Shown piece by piece: positions 20,136 through 29,740 of a stretch of 64,000 bases of DNA. The stretch is taken from positions 127,434-191,433 of the IMG/VR virus record IMGVR_UViG_3300027914_001163; one strand, 5' to 3'. Within the stretch, counting starts at the first letter, position 1; each line of letters begins with the position of its first letter. A model generated the notes under the pieces. The model was not told the origin of the DNA and did not search any database. It worked only from the letters and a program-made list of their open reading frames with translations. Origin of the DNA: a virus. Taxonomy: Duplodnaviria > Caudoviricetes. Position numbers and translations under genes: made by a program.

Positions 20136-21974
20136 ATGAATATATTCACCACCTACATAGAAGCCAAAGAAGCACTCATTGCGAAGATGCCTTGGAGCGA
20201 CGATCAGAAAAAAGAAATCCAAGAACTGGTAAACAAATATCCGCAGAAAGCATCGCTCATTGATTGGAACAAAAAAGACTTGTCAGCGGAACAGGCTTTC
20301 TCGGTGTTAAAAGAAGAAAGTAAGAAAGCAGTCAAGAAACAAATCCGCCAGGGCGTACCAGGATTAAAACAGAACGATGACTATATAGAAATACCGGAAA
20401 GTAAATTCCCTGCCGAAGCAAAAGGTAGAGACATCCGTGTATTTATTCCGATGAATCACAAAGCATCATGTGCTCTTGGGCGTGAAGCGAAGTGGTGTAC
20501 GGCGATGGAAAAGGAGCCTGGTCACTGGAATAGTTATACGAAAAAAGGAAAAGTTTTCTTTTACATACACAATGATACAGCAGACAATCCAGATATGAAA
20601 AAGATTGCAGTTGTATATGATGGCAGTAACAATATTCAAAGTTTTACATCCGCTTGGAATATTAAAGATTTGCAGATACGACAAATTACAGTCCAGGAAC
20701 AAACTGGCTTGACTGACGAATTCTTTAAAAAATATACACAGAATGTCCACGAGACAATAATAAAAAAAGCGAATGAACGATACGCCAAAGTTTTAAAAAA
20801 CATACGACACATTTGGAATGACGAATCAGTTACAATATTCTCTCCAGAAAATCGTGAACAATTTGAAGTCCTCATGGAAGACGGAGAATGGATTTTTGAT
20901 TTTGATATTCCGCCATTGGTAATTCTTACTAAATCCAATGGTCAGAAATACGGTCTCGATGTTGACAGGGGTGTTTGGTATGAAATGGAAGGAAATTCTC
21001 CTGATTCCACTGTTGACGAAGTTCTTAAAAATAATTCTCCGGCGCAAGTATTTCTGTTTCAGTACATACTTCATAAGCATGGTAATGATTTAAAAAAGAA
21101 ACTCGAATATGTTTCTCCAAAAGATAAACAGAAAAATATTAAAAGTAATTTCACTGTAAAAGTTGATTCGCATTATGATTCTGTAACCATTCATACCTAT
21201 ATTGATTCATTTATGGATTATTTTAATCTTGGTGAAAAACATTTCAACGAATGGATTAAAGGAATGATTAATGGAGATGAATTTTTTGATCCAGGCGGAA
21301 GCTATCATATGAGTGCTTCAGATATTGAAAGCAGCATCAACAAACAAAACATGGATACTATCAGAAAGATAATGTCTGATCCTGATCATAACGATGCTCT
21401 CAGCACAGATATTGATGATCTGGATGATGGAGAACTTCTTGATTTAATTATGGATAATGATGTTGATGATATTATTGATGCATTGAGAACGGCACAATAT
21501 ACCGGCGAGAACACTGGTGCTTTAGATGAGTTTTATAAAAGTGTATATTCTGCCATTGAAGATACTCCATTCCGCCATCAAAAAAGTGGAGGTTTTACAG
21601 CGACATTTAAACCATCAGATGGTATCATGCCTATACTCATGATGCTGTGGAATGGATTTGAAGGATTGTTTATAACAGAAGAAGACAACGGAGTGTCGGA
21701 GCCATTATATAAAATGGATGTCAGTGAACCGCAATACGGATGGTCAGGATTTAGCGACGAAGCATTTAATGAACGTTTAGCAGAAGAACTCCCTGAACCC
21801 AAGACCAAGGCCCAAAAGATGAAAGAAGAGGGTCAAAAAGACCTATTTGATGACCAGGGCAAGCCCACCAAAGAGGCCAAGAGACATCCAAAACCCAAGA
21901 AGAAAAAAAGGCTTGCCACAAACGAAGATTATACATATAATAACATATTTGATAAATATAGAGGAATTTTATAA
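20136..21974 (+). CDS. Large putative internal protein, WCT family paralog 2
   Basis: MNIFTTYIE/AKEALIAKMPW; ASCALGREAKWCTAM. Confidence 0.7.
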   Translation: MNIFTTYIEAKEALIAKMPWSDDQKKEIQELVNKYPQKASLIDWNKKDLSAEQAFSVLKEESKKAVKKQIRQGVPGLKQNDDYIEIPESKFPAEAKGRDIRVFIPMNHKASCALGREAKWCTAMEKEPGHWNSYTKKGKVFFYIHNDTADNPDMKKIAVVYDGSNNIQSFTSAWNIKDLQIRQITVQEQTGLTDEFFKKYTQNVHETIIKKANERYAKVLKNIRHIWNDESVTIFSPENREQFEVLMEDGEWIFDFDIPPLVILTKSNGQKYGLDVDRGVWYEMEGNSPDSTVDEVLKNNSPAQVFLFQYILHKHGNDLKKKLEYVSPKDKQKNIKSNFTVKVDSHYDSVTIHTYIDSFMDYFNLGEKHFNEWIKGMINGDEFFDPGGSYHMSASDIESSINKQNMDTIRKIMSDPDHNDALSTDIDDLDDGELLDLIMDNDVDDIIDALRTAQYTGENTGALDEFYKSVYSAIEDTPFRHQKSGGFTATFKPSDGIMPILMMLWNGFEGLFITEEDNGVSEPLYKMDVSEPQYGWSGFSDEAFNERLAEELPEPKTKAQKMKEEGQKDLFDDQGKPTKEAKRHPKPKKKKRLATNEDYTYNNIFDKYRGIL

Positions 21975-23539
21975 TGAGAAACATATTTAGTTACTACCTT
22001 GAAGCCGATGGTCATGCAATCTATAGCCATTACTCTCAGAAGATGCCATATGACGTATTCAAGGAGATAGTCAGCGCAGACCCAACATCCAAGAAGGCTG
22101 AGACCGGCGACGATATTAAGTACGTTGGCAACTATTCCAAATGGCTTCTGCAACTCTATATTAAAGGTTCTCTCAAAATTGAAGACCTTTATAAAGCCAC
22201 TGAGTATCTTACCATCTTCAATAAAGCAAAAAACAAAATTGAAGACGTTAAACTTCGTGACATCAATAAATACAAATCACTTCAAGATGTTTACGCTCTT
22301 ATTCGTGAACGTGGCCTTGAGGAAGTCAAAGGTACTCGTGAAGTTAAACGGGAAAAGCAAGAAGTCATCGAAAAGGGTGCTGGCGATGCTCAACTGTTTT
22401 ATGAAGATAGCGATTGGAAAGTAGTCATTCCGAAATCCGAAGAAGCCTCGTGCTATTGGGGCAAACACACTCAATGGTGTACTGCCGGTAGAGAACGCAA
22501 TTACTTCAATCATTACAACGAACAAGGTCCGTTGTATATCCTGATCAACAAACATAATCCAGATGATAAATATCAATTCCATTTTGAGAGCGGACAGTAC
22601 ATGGATAAACATGACAGCCCGATCAATCTCATTGAGTTCTTTGAAGGAAAAGAGAACCTGGCCAATGCTTTCCTTAAACTTCTCGTGCAGAAAGTTAAGA
22701 AAGCAAAATTGGAAGGAATCACAACAAAAGTAGACGACAACAGTATTACCATTACCACATCACTGGAAACGTTGGCTGAGAATTTCCAGACAAATCGTGA
22801 CCGTGACGCTGTATCATCGAAATGGATTAAGGATTTCCTGGACGGAGATAACAGGATTGAATACATTGATTATCATCCTGATATTGAAGATTTCAAAACT
22901 GAAATTGGGCCAGAATCATACAACAAGATTCGTGCCATTGCTTCTACCAGTAAAAAAGCGGCAGGAGTTGATCTTAATGACGAGGACGCTCTTCTCTCAT
23001 TTATTGAAGAGAACATGCCTGATCTGAAACGTGCTATTCAGAACGCTCTTGTTCGTGCCGTTGAAGATGCCGCCAATGATGAAGTTTACAAGGACATTGT
23101 TAAATCTGTAACCGGTGCTGGTTGGAAACAAAATAAAGATGGATCGTTTACAGCGGTTATGACCACAAAACAATACGGCATTGTACCTTATATTCTCATG
23201 GCAGAGGGAAGCAGCGGATTTGATTCTCTCTTCAGGGAAAGCGAAAATTATGGTACTGAGGCCATTTTTGATCTGAGGCTGACAGAACCTCGTAATGGTT
23301 GGAGCGGAGACTCAGAACCTTTCGTGGACGAAGCCTTATCGGATGTTTTGTCTGAATTCAAACCAAAGGTAACTGCTCCCAAAAAAGCAAAGGCAAGTGC
23401 GCCGGAGACAGAGGAAAAGCCGAAGCCACAAAAGAAATCGACAAAAAAGACAAAGGAAGAGCCTGAAGAACTTGGTTCAGTGGTTCACGCTGAAGATGCA
23501 ACCGGAAGCCTTTTGGAGAAATATCTAAAAAGGAAATAG
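21974..23539 (+). CDS. Large putative internal protein, WCT family paralog 3
   Basis: MRNIFSYYLE/A; ASCYWGKHTQWCTA..YFNHY..GPLYI..KYQFHF; C-terminal half similar to 20136-21974. Confidence 0.7.
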   Translation: MRNIFSYYLEADGHAIYSHYSQKMPYDVFKEIVSADPTSKKAETGDDIKYVGNYSKWLLQLYIKGSLKIEDLYKATEYLTIFNKAKNKIEDVKLRDINKYKSLQDVYALIRERGLEEVKGTREVKREKQEVIEKGAGDAQLFYEDSDWKVVIPKSEEASCYWGKHTQWCTAGRERNYFNHYNEQGPLYILINKHNPDDKYQFHFESGQYMDKHDSPINLIEFFEGKENLANAFLKLLVQKVKKAKLEGITTKVDDNSITITTSLETLAENFQTNRDRDAVSSKWIKDFLDGDNRIEYIDYHPDIEDFKTEIGPESYNKIRAIASTSKKAAGVDLNDEDALLSFIEENMPDLKRAIQNALVRAVEDAANDEVYKDIVKSVTGAGWKQNKDGSFTAVMTTKQYGIVPYILMAEGSSGFDSLFRESENYGTEAIFDLRLTEPRNGWSGDSEPFVDEALSDVLSEFKPKVTAPKKAKASAPETEEKPKPQKKSTKKTKEEPEELGSVVHAEDATGSLLEKYLKRK

Positions 23540-23540
23540 T

Positions 23541-23850
23541 ATGAATGTATTCCAAGGGCATTACTTTGAAGCAAGTGATCATAGTAATGCCATTTTAAAA
23601 AGAAATAAAAAAATATTCTGGATCGGCGCAGTCAATTTACTCGATGGATACATTGAAGAAGTTTATACATATGAGACAGCCAAGAACGCAGATTTTCATC
23701 ATAGTTTTTACTTCAGCCAAAACGCTATAAGAAAAATTCGTGAAGAAGAATGGGGAATTTTTCTGGATCGATAATAAAAAGGTTGTCACATGGGATTTGG
23801 AAGTGACACCTGAAATAATCTCAAAAGTAAAAGAACAAATCAGCGTATGA
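23541..23850 (+). pseudogene. CTS-leader gene interrupted by an apparent 1-nt frameshift at ~23758-23762
   Basis: The ORF stops at 23774, but the +1 frame continues FWIDNKKVVTWD...QISV to a TGA overlapping the next ATG (23847-23850). Confidence 0.55.
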
Positions 23851-24566
23851 TCGGATTACAATATTATTTTGAAGCCAAGCATGATGTGCCAGAGCGTTTA
23901 GAAACCTGGAGCATACGTTCACACAATGCATATCTTTTTCATCATCAAGATCAATGGATGAAGATTCTCATGTCTTTAAGCAACGACTTTACAAATGCCG
24001 GAGCCATTGATGTACACTATGAAAAATATCAACCTGGCTCTGCAATACCAATACTTGTTTTCAAATCTCCGGTATCAATGCTCAGAAAACTTCAAACCAT
24101 ATTATTTAATCTTCTCAAAGAAACAGGATACAAACTTTATACTGATATATCATTCATCAATAAATATTCTGGTAAACCATATTATGACTATACAAATGGT
24201 TTGCATGAAGAATTTTTAGAATCAGTTCATCAAGCATCATCTGAAAAAATAAAAAGATATTTTATATATGTTGTTGGCGGTTCAGAAAAGGATGCCGATA
24301 GTTATTCACATAAATCCTGGGAAAAGAGAATCATGTTTATGAAAGGAGTTATATTGAAGCGTGGAGGTCGTGCTGTATTCTCGGAAATGGCGCACCATCA
24401 AGTTGATAATAAATCAAAAGAACAATATCATAGAGGTTTCAATACTATAATATCTTTTAAAGCCCCATATTCCGCTCTTGACACTATCAGAAAAAATATA
24501 ATTCCAAAAGAAGATTATGACCATCCCATATGGGATTATTATAGTAAGGAGTTAGTTAGAAGATGA
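23847..24566 (+). CDS. Two-unit AVH-family polyprotein
   Basis: MIGLQYYFE/AKHDVP and internal FLE/SVHQAS; both units carry FKSP/FKAP and end in (D/K)Y(Y). Confidence 0.7.
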   Translation: MIGLQYYFEAKHDVPERLETWSIRSHNAYLFHHQDQWMKILMSLSNDFTNAGAIDVHYEKYQPGSAIPILVFKSPVSMLRKLQTILFNLLKETGYKLYTDISFINKYSGKPYYDYTNGLHEEFLESVHQASSEKIKRYFIYVVGGSEKDADSYSHKSWEKRIMFMKGVILKRGGRAVFSEMAHHQVDNKSKEQYHRGFNTIISFKAPYSALDTIRKNIIPKEDYDHPIWDYYSKELVRR

Positions 24567-24838
24567 GTCTATTTAATTATTATCTTGAAAGCGTAAATTT
24601 TGACAAACTTAAAAAGAACAAAATTCCCTTGACCGATGAAGAAAGGTCAGAAGTCATGAAAGCAGATGCCATATGGCATCATGGACCAAACGGCGAAAAA
24701 ACACCAGCAGTTTGGAAATCAAAAAAAAGTGACGGTAGTATTGTATATATAACCAATACACACCGAGCCTGTGCCATTAAAGACACATTAAAAGGCGCAA
24801 TCAATGCCTATCACAAAAGCATCAAAGGCACAGCATGA
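24563..24838 (+). CDS. Putative internal head protein (MSLFNYYLE/S)
   Basis: Leader motif. Confidence 0.65.
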   Translation: MSLFNYYLESVNFDKLKKNKIPLTDEERSEVMKADAIWHHGPNGEKTPAVWKSKKSDGSIVYITNTHRACAIKDTLKGAINAYHKSIKGTA

Positions 24839-25080
24839 GCCATTTTAAACAATATCTTAAAAAAGCCTATCTCGAAAGAGAATTGTTAGGTAATGTTATT
24901 CAAACCGGATTCAGACCAATTCAAAATCCTTTATCAATGGAAGATGTGTACAGCCGAGTTCGCATGGATGCAAAAGAGTTCGTAAGAGCTGCTTTGGATC
25001 ATAATTATTCAAAGGAAGAGATCATGAACTTTCTTAAAGAACATGGCATGACACAGGAAGCGATTGATAAAATTGTTTAA
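24835..25080 (+). CDS. Putative internal head protein (MSHFKQYL...YLE)
   Basis: Leader variant. Confidence 0.55.
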   Translation: MSHFKQYLKKAYLERELLGNVIQTGFRPIQNPLSMEDVYSRVRMDAKEFVRAALDHNYSKEEIMNFLKEHGMTQEAIDKIV

Positions 25081-25273
25081 TGAATGTTGATGACATCGCT
25101 GAAGAAAAATACTCCCTCTTAATAAAATTTGGAATAAAAACCGAAGATGCAGCGGATAGATACCTACGTGCATCTGGTTTTGATGAAACCCTCATAATCA
25201 AAATCCTATCAAAGTTCGCTTGTAAAACAAAAAAATTATAACATTTTTCGACCTCTATTTAAAATATAGAGGT

Positions 25274-25831
25274 ATGGAAGATCAAAAACCAATAGAAGTC
25301 CAAGATGTCGCACCGGTCGGACAAAACGCCCTTGCTCCTGATGAACAAGGTCCCGCCGACATGCCCACGCCAATCGTGGAAGATAAAACTCCTCCCAAGA
25401 CTTGCAAGGACAGATTGAAGCGTATTGCGCTTTGGTTCTTTCCTCCGAAAGCACCAACCGAAAATTTAATTCAATATCTGTTCCGCCAATTGTATTTTCC
25501 AGATTCCAGGGGGAGACCATCTATCACGGTCACTATTCTTATTTATGTTTTGGCTCTTGTGGGATGTGTCGCCTTTGTTGAATGCCACAATGCAATGATT
25601 ATAGCCATTACGAAAATCACTGACGCTGCCGGTAAGACAACAATTACAACTGCGCCATATGGATTTTCAGTTACATTTCTTACAATGGTCATAGGACTTA
25701 CCGCTTTAATTACTGGATGGTATCGCCAACGCCAGAGCAAGGCCGGGGAACCTGGAGAGAATGGAGATATTAACGATTTCATATTTTCCAAGGTCAAAGA
25801 ATACGTAACATCGTTGATAGGCAAGAAATAA
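25274..25831 (+). CDS. Two-TM membrane protein, holin candidate
   Basis: GRPSITVTILIYVLALVGCVAFV and FSVTFLTMVIGLTALITGW hydrophobic segments. Confidence 0.45.
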   Translation: MEDQKPIEVQDVAPVGQNALAPDEQGPADMPTPIVEDKTPPKTCKDRLKRIALWFFPPKAPTENLIQYLFRQLYFPDSRGRPSITVTILIYVLALVGCVAFVECHNAMIIAITKITDAAGKTTITTAPYGFSVTFLTMVIGLTALITGWYRQRQSKAGEPGENGDINDFIFSKVKEYVTSLIGKK

Positions 25832-25845
25832 AGAGAGAGGCATAT

Positions 25846-26463
25846 ATGACGGCGAAAGAGAATTTACAGGCTATTACTACCGGAATCAGAAATTTCTTCA
25901 CTGGATTGAGCGTTGAAAAAGTTCAATCTTTTTTTACAGGATGGCGCAAGGTCGTTTCTATTATTGTTGGAAGCGTCATAATCGCCGGTGGAATTTTCAT
26001 GGCCGGTTACATTACCGGTTGCAAACGTGGTGAGGCTTCCTGCAAGGGAACAAAGAAACCAACCATCGAAGAAAAAGAAAAACCAAAGCCGAAAACAAAA
26101 TATAAAGTAACTCCAATATCAAAAGCAAAACAATGCGGTGATGTGATTGATATGGATGTCAAACTCAAAAAAGATGATCTTGAAATTACCGGAAAAGATA
26201 AATGCAAAGAAACTACTCGGTATTATAAGATCAATATGTTCTGCCCAAATCCAAGACATATACTTCAGTTTCAGCCAGGAATATATTTAGCATACGTAAA
26301 AGCAAGCAACAATCTTTTTATTATGCCTGGTGGAACATTAACGTACATGCATAAATGGGGATATTTTGGATTCGGTATAGGCGGTACGTATTTTCAAAGC
26401 GTAATCAACACAGGACTGTATGGAGGCGGTGTATCATTAAGCTTCCAATTACAATTCCAATAA
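25846..26463 (+). CDS. Membrane-anchored protein with C-terminal amphipathic beta strands, spanin-like candidate
   Basis: One N-terminal TM helix ending GYITGC, a Lys/Pro linker and a Gly/aromatic beta-rich C-terminus ending LQFQ. Confidence 0.4.
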   Translation: MTAKENLQAITTGIRNFFTGLSVEKVQSFFTGWRKVVSIIVGSVIIAGGIFMAGYITGCKRGEASCKGTKKPTIEEKEKPKPKTKYKVTPISKAKQCGDVIDMDVKLKKDDLEITGKDKCKETTRYYKINMFCPNPRHILQFQPGIYLAYVKASNNLFIMPGGTLTYMHKWGYFGFGIGGTYFQSVINTGLYGGGVSLSFQLQFQ

Positions 26464-26491
26464 ACAGAAATAATATTTCAGGAGATCAAAG

Positions 26492-27694
26492 ATGAATTTT
26501 GAAACCATTCAAAAAATAAAGAACGCTGTCGAGGCGTATGCTAATGTTAAATTTTTCTCAATCATGGAAGGAAACAAACTCCTGATTCAGAACGAAAAAA
26601 CTGACGCTATTTACGAAATAGGATATACCGAAGCCGATGGTGTATTTTCGTTTAATACAAAAGAAGCGAAACAAATTTCTGAAAAAAATGAAATTGTAAC
26701 TCCTCTTGATGAAGTCAAACAGAACATTTCAAATCTCAGCAACGGCATCAAAGGAATTTTTGCTGAAGAAAACCTGGATGTGGCAGTTGCAAACCTGAAA
26801 GAGATTATCCGGACCCTGCCAATGCTCGATGAAAAAGTCCTGAATGAAGAACTCGATAGCCAACTGAAACCGGCTGAAGAAGAACCTAAATCTGAATTCT
26901 ACAAAAAGTTTGAAACTCAGATGAAGAAATACGAAGAAGAAGTTAAAGAATTCGAATCCACATTTAAAATGTTCAACGAAGAAAACGACCTGATACCAGG
27001 TGAATTTGTAGAGAATTCCGAAATCAAAAAATCTCTTCAGCAAATGAGCGAAATGCACGAAGCGTTCAAAGCGAATGCTACAAAATATCATGATTTCAAA
27101 GAAGAAGTCTCTGCCCTCTTTGAAAGCAGTGAAATCGCTGATGAGTTTTTCAAAAAGGTTGATGTGACTAAGAACCTTAAAGTTGGTATTACGAAAGCCC
27201 TGGTAGACCTCAAACAAATAAACGAAAACCTGAACATCAAAGACCTTTCAACGAAACTCATTGGAATCTTTGAAAACGCTCTGGCTCCGGTTGATGGCGC
27301 AAAGGCTCCGGTTGTTTACAACCTCGCAGCGGACAATAAATACCGTCCTCGTTTCTTCAGGTTTAAAATGGGAATATTCTCTCCTGAAGATGTTAAGATG
27401 ATGATGAATGAAGTCAACGAAGCGTTCTCCAGGGTTGGAGATTACAACGACGAAGACATGATGTTTATGTCGAACTGCAAAATGCAGTTGGAATACATGT
27501 ACAACTCGCAACAAGTCAACGATCATCTCATCGCTGAGATGATCACAGAGTTCAATAAGAGATTCGCAAAAGATCACAAAGCCGAGTATGACGATGCCGA
27601 GAAGCAACTGTCGTTTAAAGACAGAGAGCAACAAAAACAAGGAAATGCGCAAGGTATGGCCGATTATTCCGCTCCAAATCTTAATATGAAATAA
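26492..27694 (+). CDS. Acidic coiled-coil protein, probable prohead core or assembly component
   Basis: Glu/Lys-rich 400 aa; lies just upstream of protease-scaffold-capsid. Confidence 0.5.
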   Translation: MNFETIQKIKNAVEAYANVKFFSIMEGNKLLIQNEKTDAIYEIGYTEADGVFSFNTKEAKQISEKNEIVTPLDEVKQNISNLSNGIKGIFAEENLDVAVANLKEIIRTLPMLDEKVLNEELDSQLKPAEEEPKSEFYKKFETQMKKYEEEVKEFESTFKMFNEENDLIPGEFVENSEIKKSLQQMSEMHEAFKANATKYHDFKEEVSALFESSEIADEFFKKVDVTKNLKVGITKALVDLKQINENLNIKDLSTKLIGIFENALAPVDGAKAPVVYNLAADNKYRPRFFRFKMGIFSPEDVKMMMNEVNEAFSRVGDYNDEDMMFMSNCKMQLEYMYNSQQVNDHLIAEMITEFNKRFAKDHKAEYDDAEKQLSFKDREQQKQGNAQGMADYSAPNLNMK

Positions 27695-27704
27695 CAGGAA
27701 TCTC

Positions 27705-27995
27705 ATGAAACTCAAATACACAGATGAACAAATTCAGAGAGCCGCAAAAGGTTTAAAGTGGTATAAAGAAGAAGAACAGAATGAAGAGCCTGAAAAAAAG
27801 GAAAAGCACTTCAAGACGTTTACCATTGGGGATGATAAGATCGATGTTGATATACTCCACGGATTTATTTATATCAACGATGAGTTGGTTACGGCTGATA
27901 CTGATATTCCTAAGAAGGTCATAAAAATTCTTCAAGAGATCATACCGAAAATTGCCAATGGCGATGAAAAACTTGAACACAAAGAGGAAGAATAA
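27705..27995 (+). CDS. Hypothetical protein in head module
   Basis: 96-aa ORF with a TAATG overlap into the protease. Confidence 0.6.
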   Translation: MKLKYTDEQIQRAAKGLKWYKEEEQNEEPEKKEKHFKTFTIGDDKIDVDILHGFIYINDELVTADTDIPKKVIKILQEIIPKIANGDEKLEHKEEE

Positions 27996-28672
27996 TGGAC
28001 ACAATTGTTTATAGACCGTATATATCAGAGGCTTGGGTATCAGAATCGTTTGGTTACACTGAAGCCAATATCGAAATAAATGGCAAACCGTATCTTCAAA
28101 TAATCCTGGAAGGAGAATTCCAAAGAGCAAGCAAGCCTAATAAAAACAATCGTATTTATACGGAAACGCTCTTATCTCGTGAAACAGCCAAATTGCAAGA
28201 ATCGATCAGGCGCAGGAATGGTCACCCAATGGGAATGGACCATCCGATGCCCAATCCAAACGATCCTCCACAATTACAACTTCAACAAATAAAACGTATT
28301 GGTCTGGAGAACGCTTGCGCCCTTACCAAAGTGTTGGAAATGAACAATGGCGTTGTCTATGGTAAGGCGGAGGTTTTAACCGGTGACGGTGGAACAGGTG
28401 ATAAACTTGCTTCTATGGTTAGAAGGAAATTCAAACCGGCTGTATCGTCTCGTGGAGTAGGCGGCGATCCAGTACATCAAAATGGATTCATGTATGTACC
28501 GGAAAGTTATAATATGGTTTGTTACGATTTCGTAACTGACCCTTCTACGCACAATGCAATTCTTGAACAAGCCATCCAAGAAGAGGTTTATTTAATGGAA
28601 CAGGCTACCAAATACGTCCGCACTCTTTGGGATGTCATGGTCGATTTTAACAACAAACACGGAATGAAATAA
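27995..28672 (+). CDS. gp21: Prohead protease (T4 gp21-like)
   Basis: LEGEFQRA..PNKNNRIY, GMDHP (His), VSSRGVG (Ser) and YDFVTDPS motifs. Confidence 0.93.
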   Translation: MDTIVYRPYISEAWVSESFGYTEANIEINGKPYLQIILEGEFQRASKPNKNNRIYTETLLSRETAKLQESIRRRNGHPMGMDHPMPNPNDPPQLQLQQIKRIGLENACALTKVLEMNNGVVYGKAEVLTGDGGTGDKLASMVRRKFKPAVSSRGVGGDPVHQNGFMYVPESYNMVCYDFVTDPSTHNAILEQAIQEEVYLMEQATKYVRTLWDVMVDFNNKHGMK

Positions 28673-28747
28673 ATACGTACAAAATTTTTTTTATAACTTT
28701 TTTAGACTACACCAAAATATACTTATAGAATTTCGGAGGCAATTATA

Positions 28748-29707
28748 ATGGATTTTCTCAAAATATTAGAAAACGTTCAACTGAGCGAAGATCAAATCAA
28801 GGCTCTTGATAAGTTTTTTACCGAATGGGTTGATAAGAAAACCAAAGAAATCGAAACAAAATACTTGGAGGAATCCAAAGGTGAGAGTGGAATCGATCCT
28901 GAAAAATATATCCTCCGAGAAGATGCTGAAAAGGCTTTTGAAAAATACGAAGAACATTGCGAAGCTGCCTTCGAAAAGTTCGAAGAAGATTGCGAAGCTG
29001 CTTTTGAAAAATACGAAGAGGATGCTGAAGCCGCTTTCAATCTCGGCGTAGAAGACCTTCAAAAAGAATATACCGAGAACATGACGCAAGCCCTTCAGGA
29101 AGTCTACAGCGAAATTTCTGATCGTGTTAAAACTGAATTCATGGAAAGCAAGGAATACAAGACAATCGAAAAACTCAAAGAACTTGCCATTCCGCTTATT
29201 GATGACAGTTCCAACGATCTTATCGCCAAAATGAAAGCAATGAACGAAGAAAAAGAAAAAGTCGAACAAGACAACAAGAAACTCTCCAAAGAAAACGCTA
29301 TCAATGTTCTGTTGAAAGATATTCCGAAAGAATATGTCGAAACAGTTAAGAATTTTATAAGTGGTGGAAACACCGAAGAAGAAGTAATCGAACGCTTTAA
29401 CTCCATCTGTGAAGTGCTCGAAACAAAGATTAAAGGCTCTGCTGTTAAACCGGTGAACGAAGAAAAGAAACCTGACATTGGAAACAAGTTCTCCAGGAAG
29501 AAAGAAACCACACCGGCTCCAACTGCTCCAGAAACTAAGCCTATTACTGAAGAAGCCGATAAAACCGCTACTCCAGAAGAAAAACCGGCTCCTTCTGTTG
29601 GATATGAAACATTGATAAGAAAGATGGAGAAAGAAGAGAATGAGATTAATGCGTTCACTGAGAGTGAAGCATCTATCATAGATAAGATTTTTGAAAAGAA
29701 AAAATAA
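28748..29707 (+). CDS. Prohead scaffold / core protein (T4 gp22-like)
   Basis: Highly acidic coiled coil between the protease and the capsid gene. Confidence 0.75.
   Translation: MDFLKILENVQLSEDQIKALDKFFTEWVDKKTKEIETKYLEESKGESGIDPEKYILREDAEKAFEKYEEHCEAAFEKFEEDCEAAFEKYEEDAEAAFNLGVEDLQKEYTENMTQALQEVYSEISDRVKTEFMESKEYKTIEKLKELAIPLIDDSSNDLIAKMKAMNEEKEKVEQDNKKLSKENAINVLLKDIPKEYVETVKNFISGGNTEEEVIERFNSICEVLETKIKGSAVKPVNEEKKPDIGNKFSRKKETTPAPTAPETKPITEEADKTATPEEKPAPSVGYETLIRKMEKEENEINAFTESEASIIDKIFEKKK
28918..29039 (+). repeat. 33-bp (11-aa) tandem repeat, ~3.7 copies, inside the scaffold
   Basis: EDAEKAFEKYE / EHCEAAFEKFE / EDCEAAFEKYE / EDAEAAF. Confidence 0.85.
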
Positions 29708-29740
29708 TCCATTTAAAAAAGGATATGGAGGAATTATAAC

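Noticed and set aside
1316-24566. Diversity-generating retroelement as the source of AVH-family variation
   Set aside because: There is no reverse transcriptase in the window and no template/variable repeat pair differing only at adenines. Divergence is spread over whole genes.
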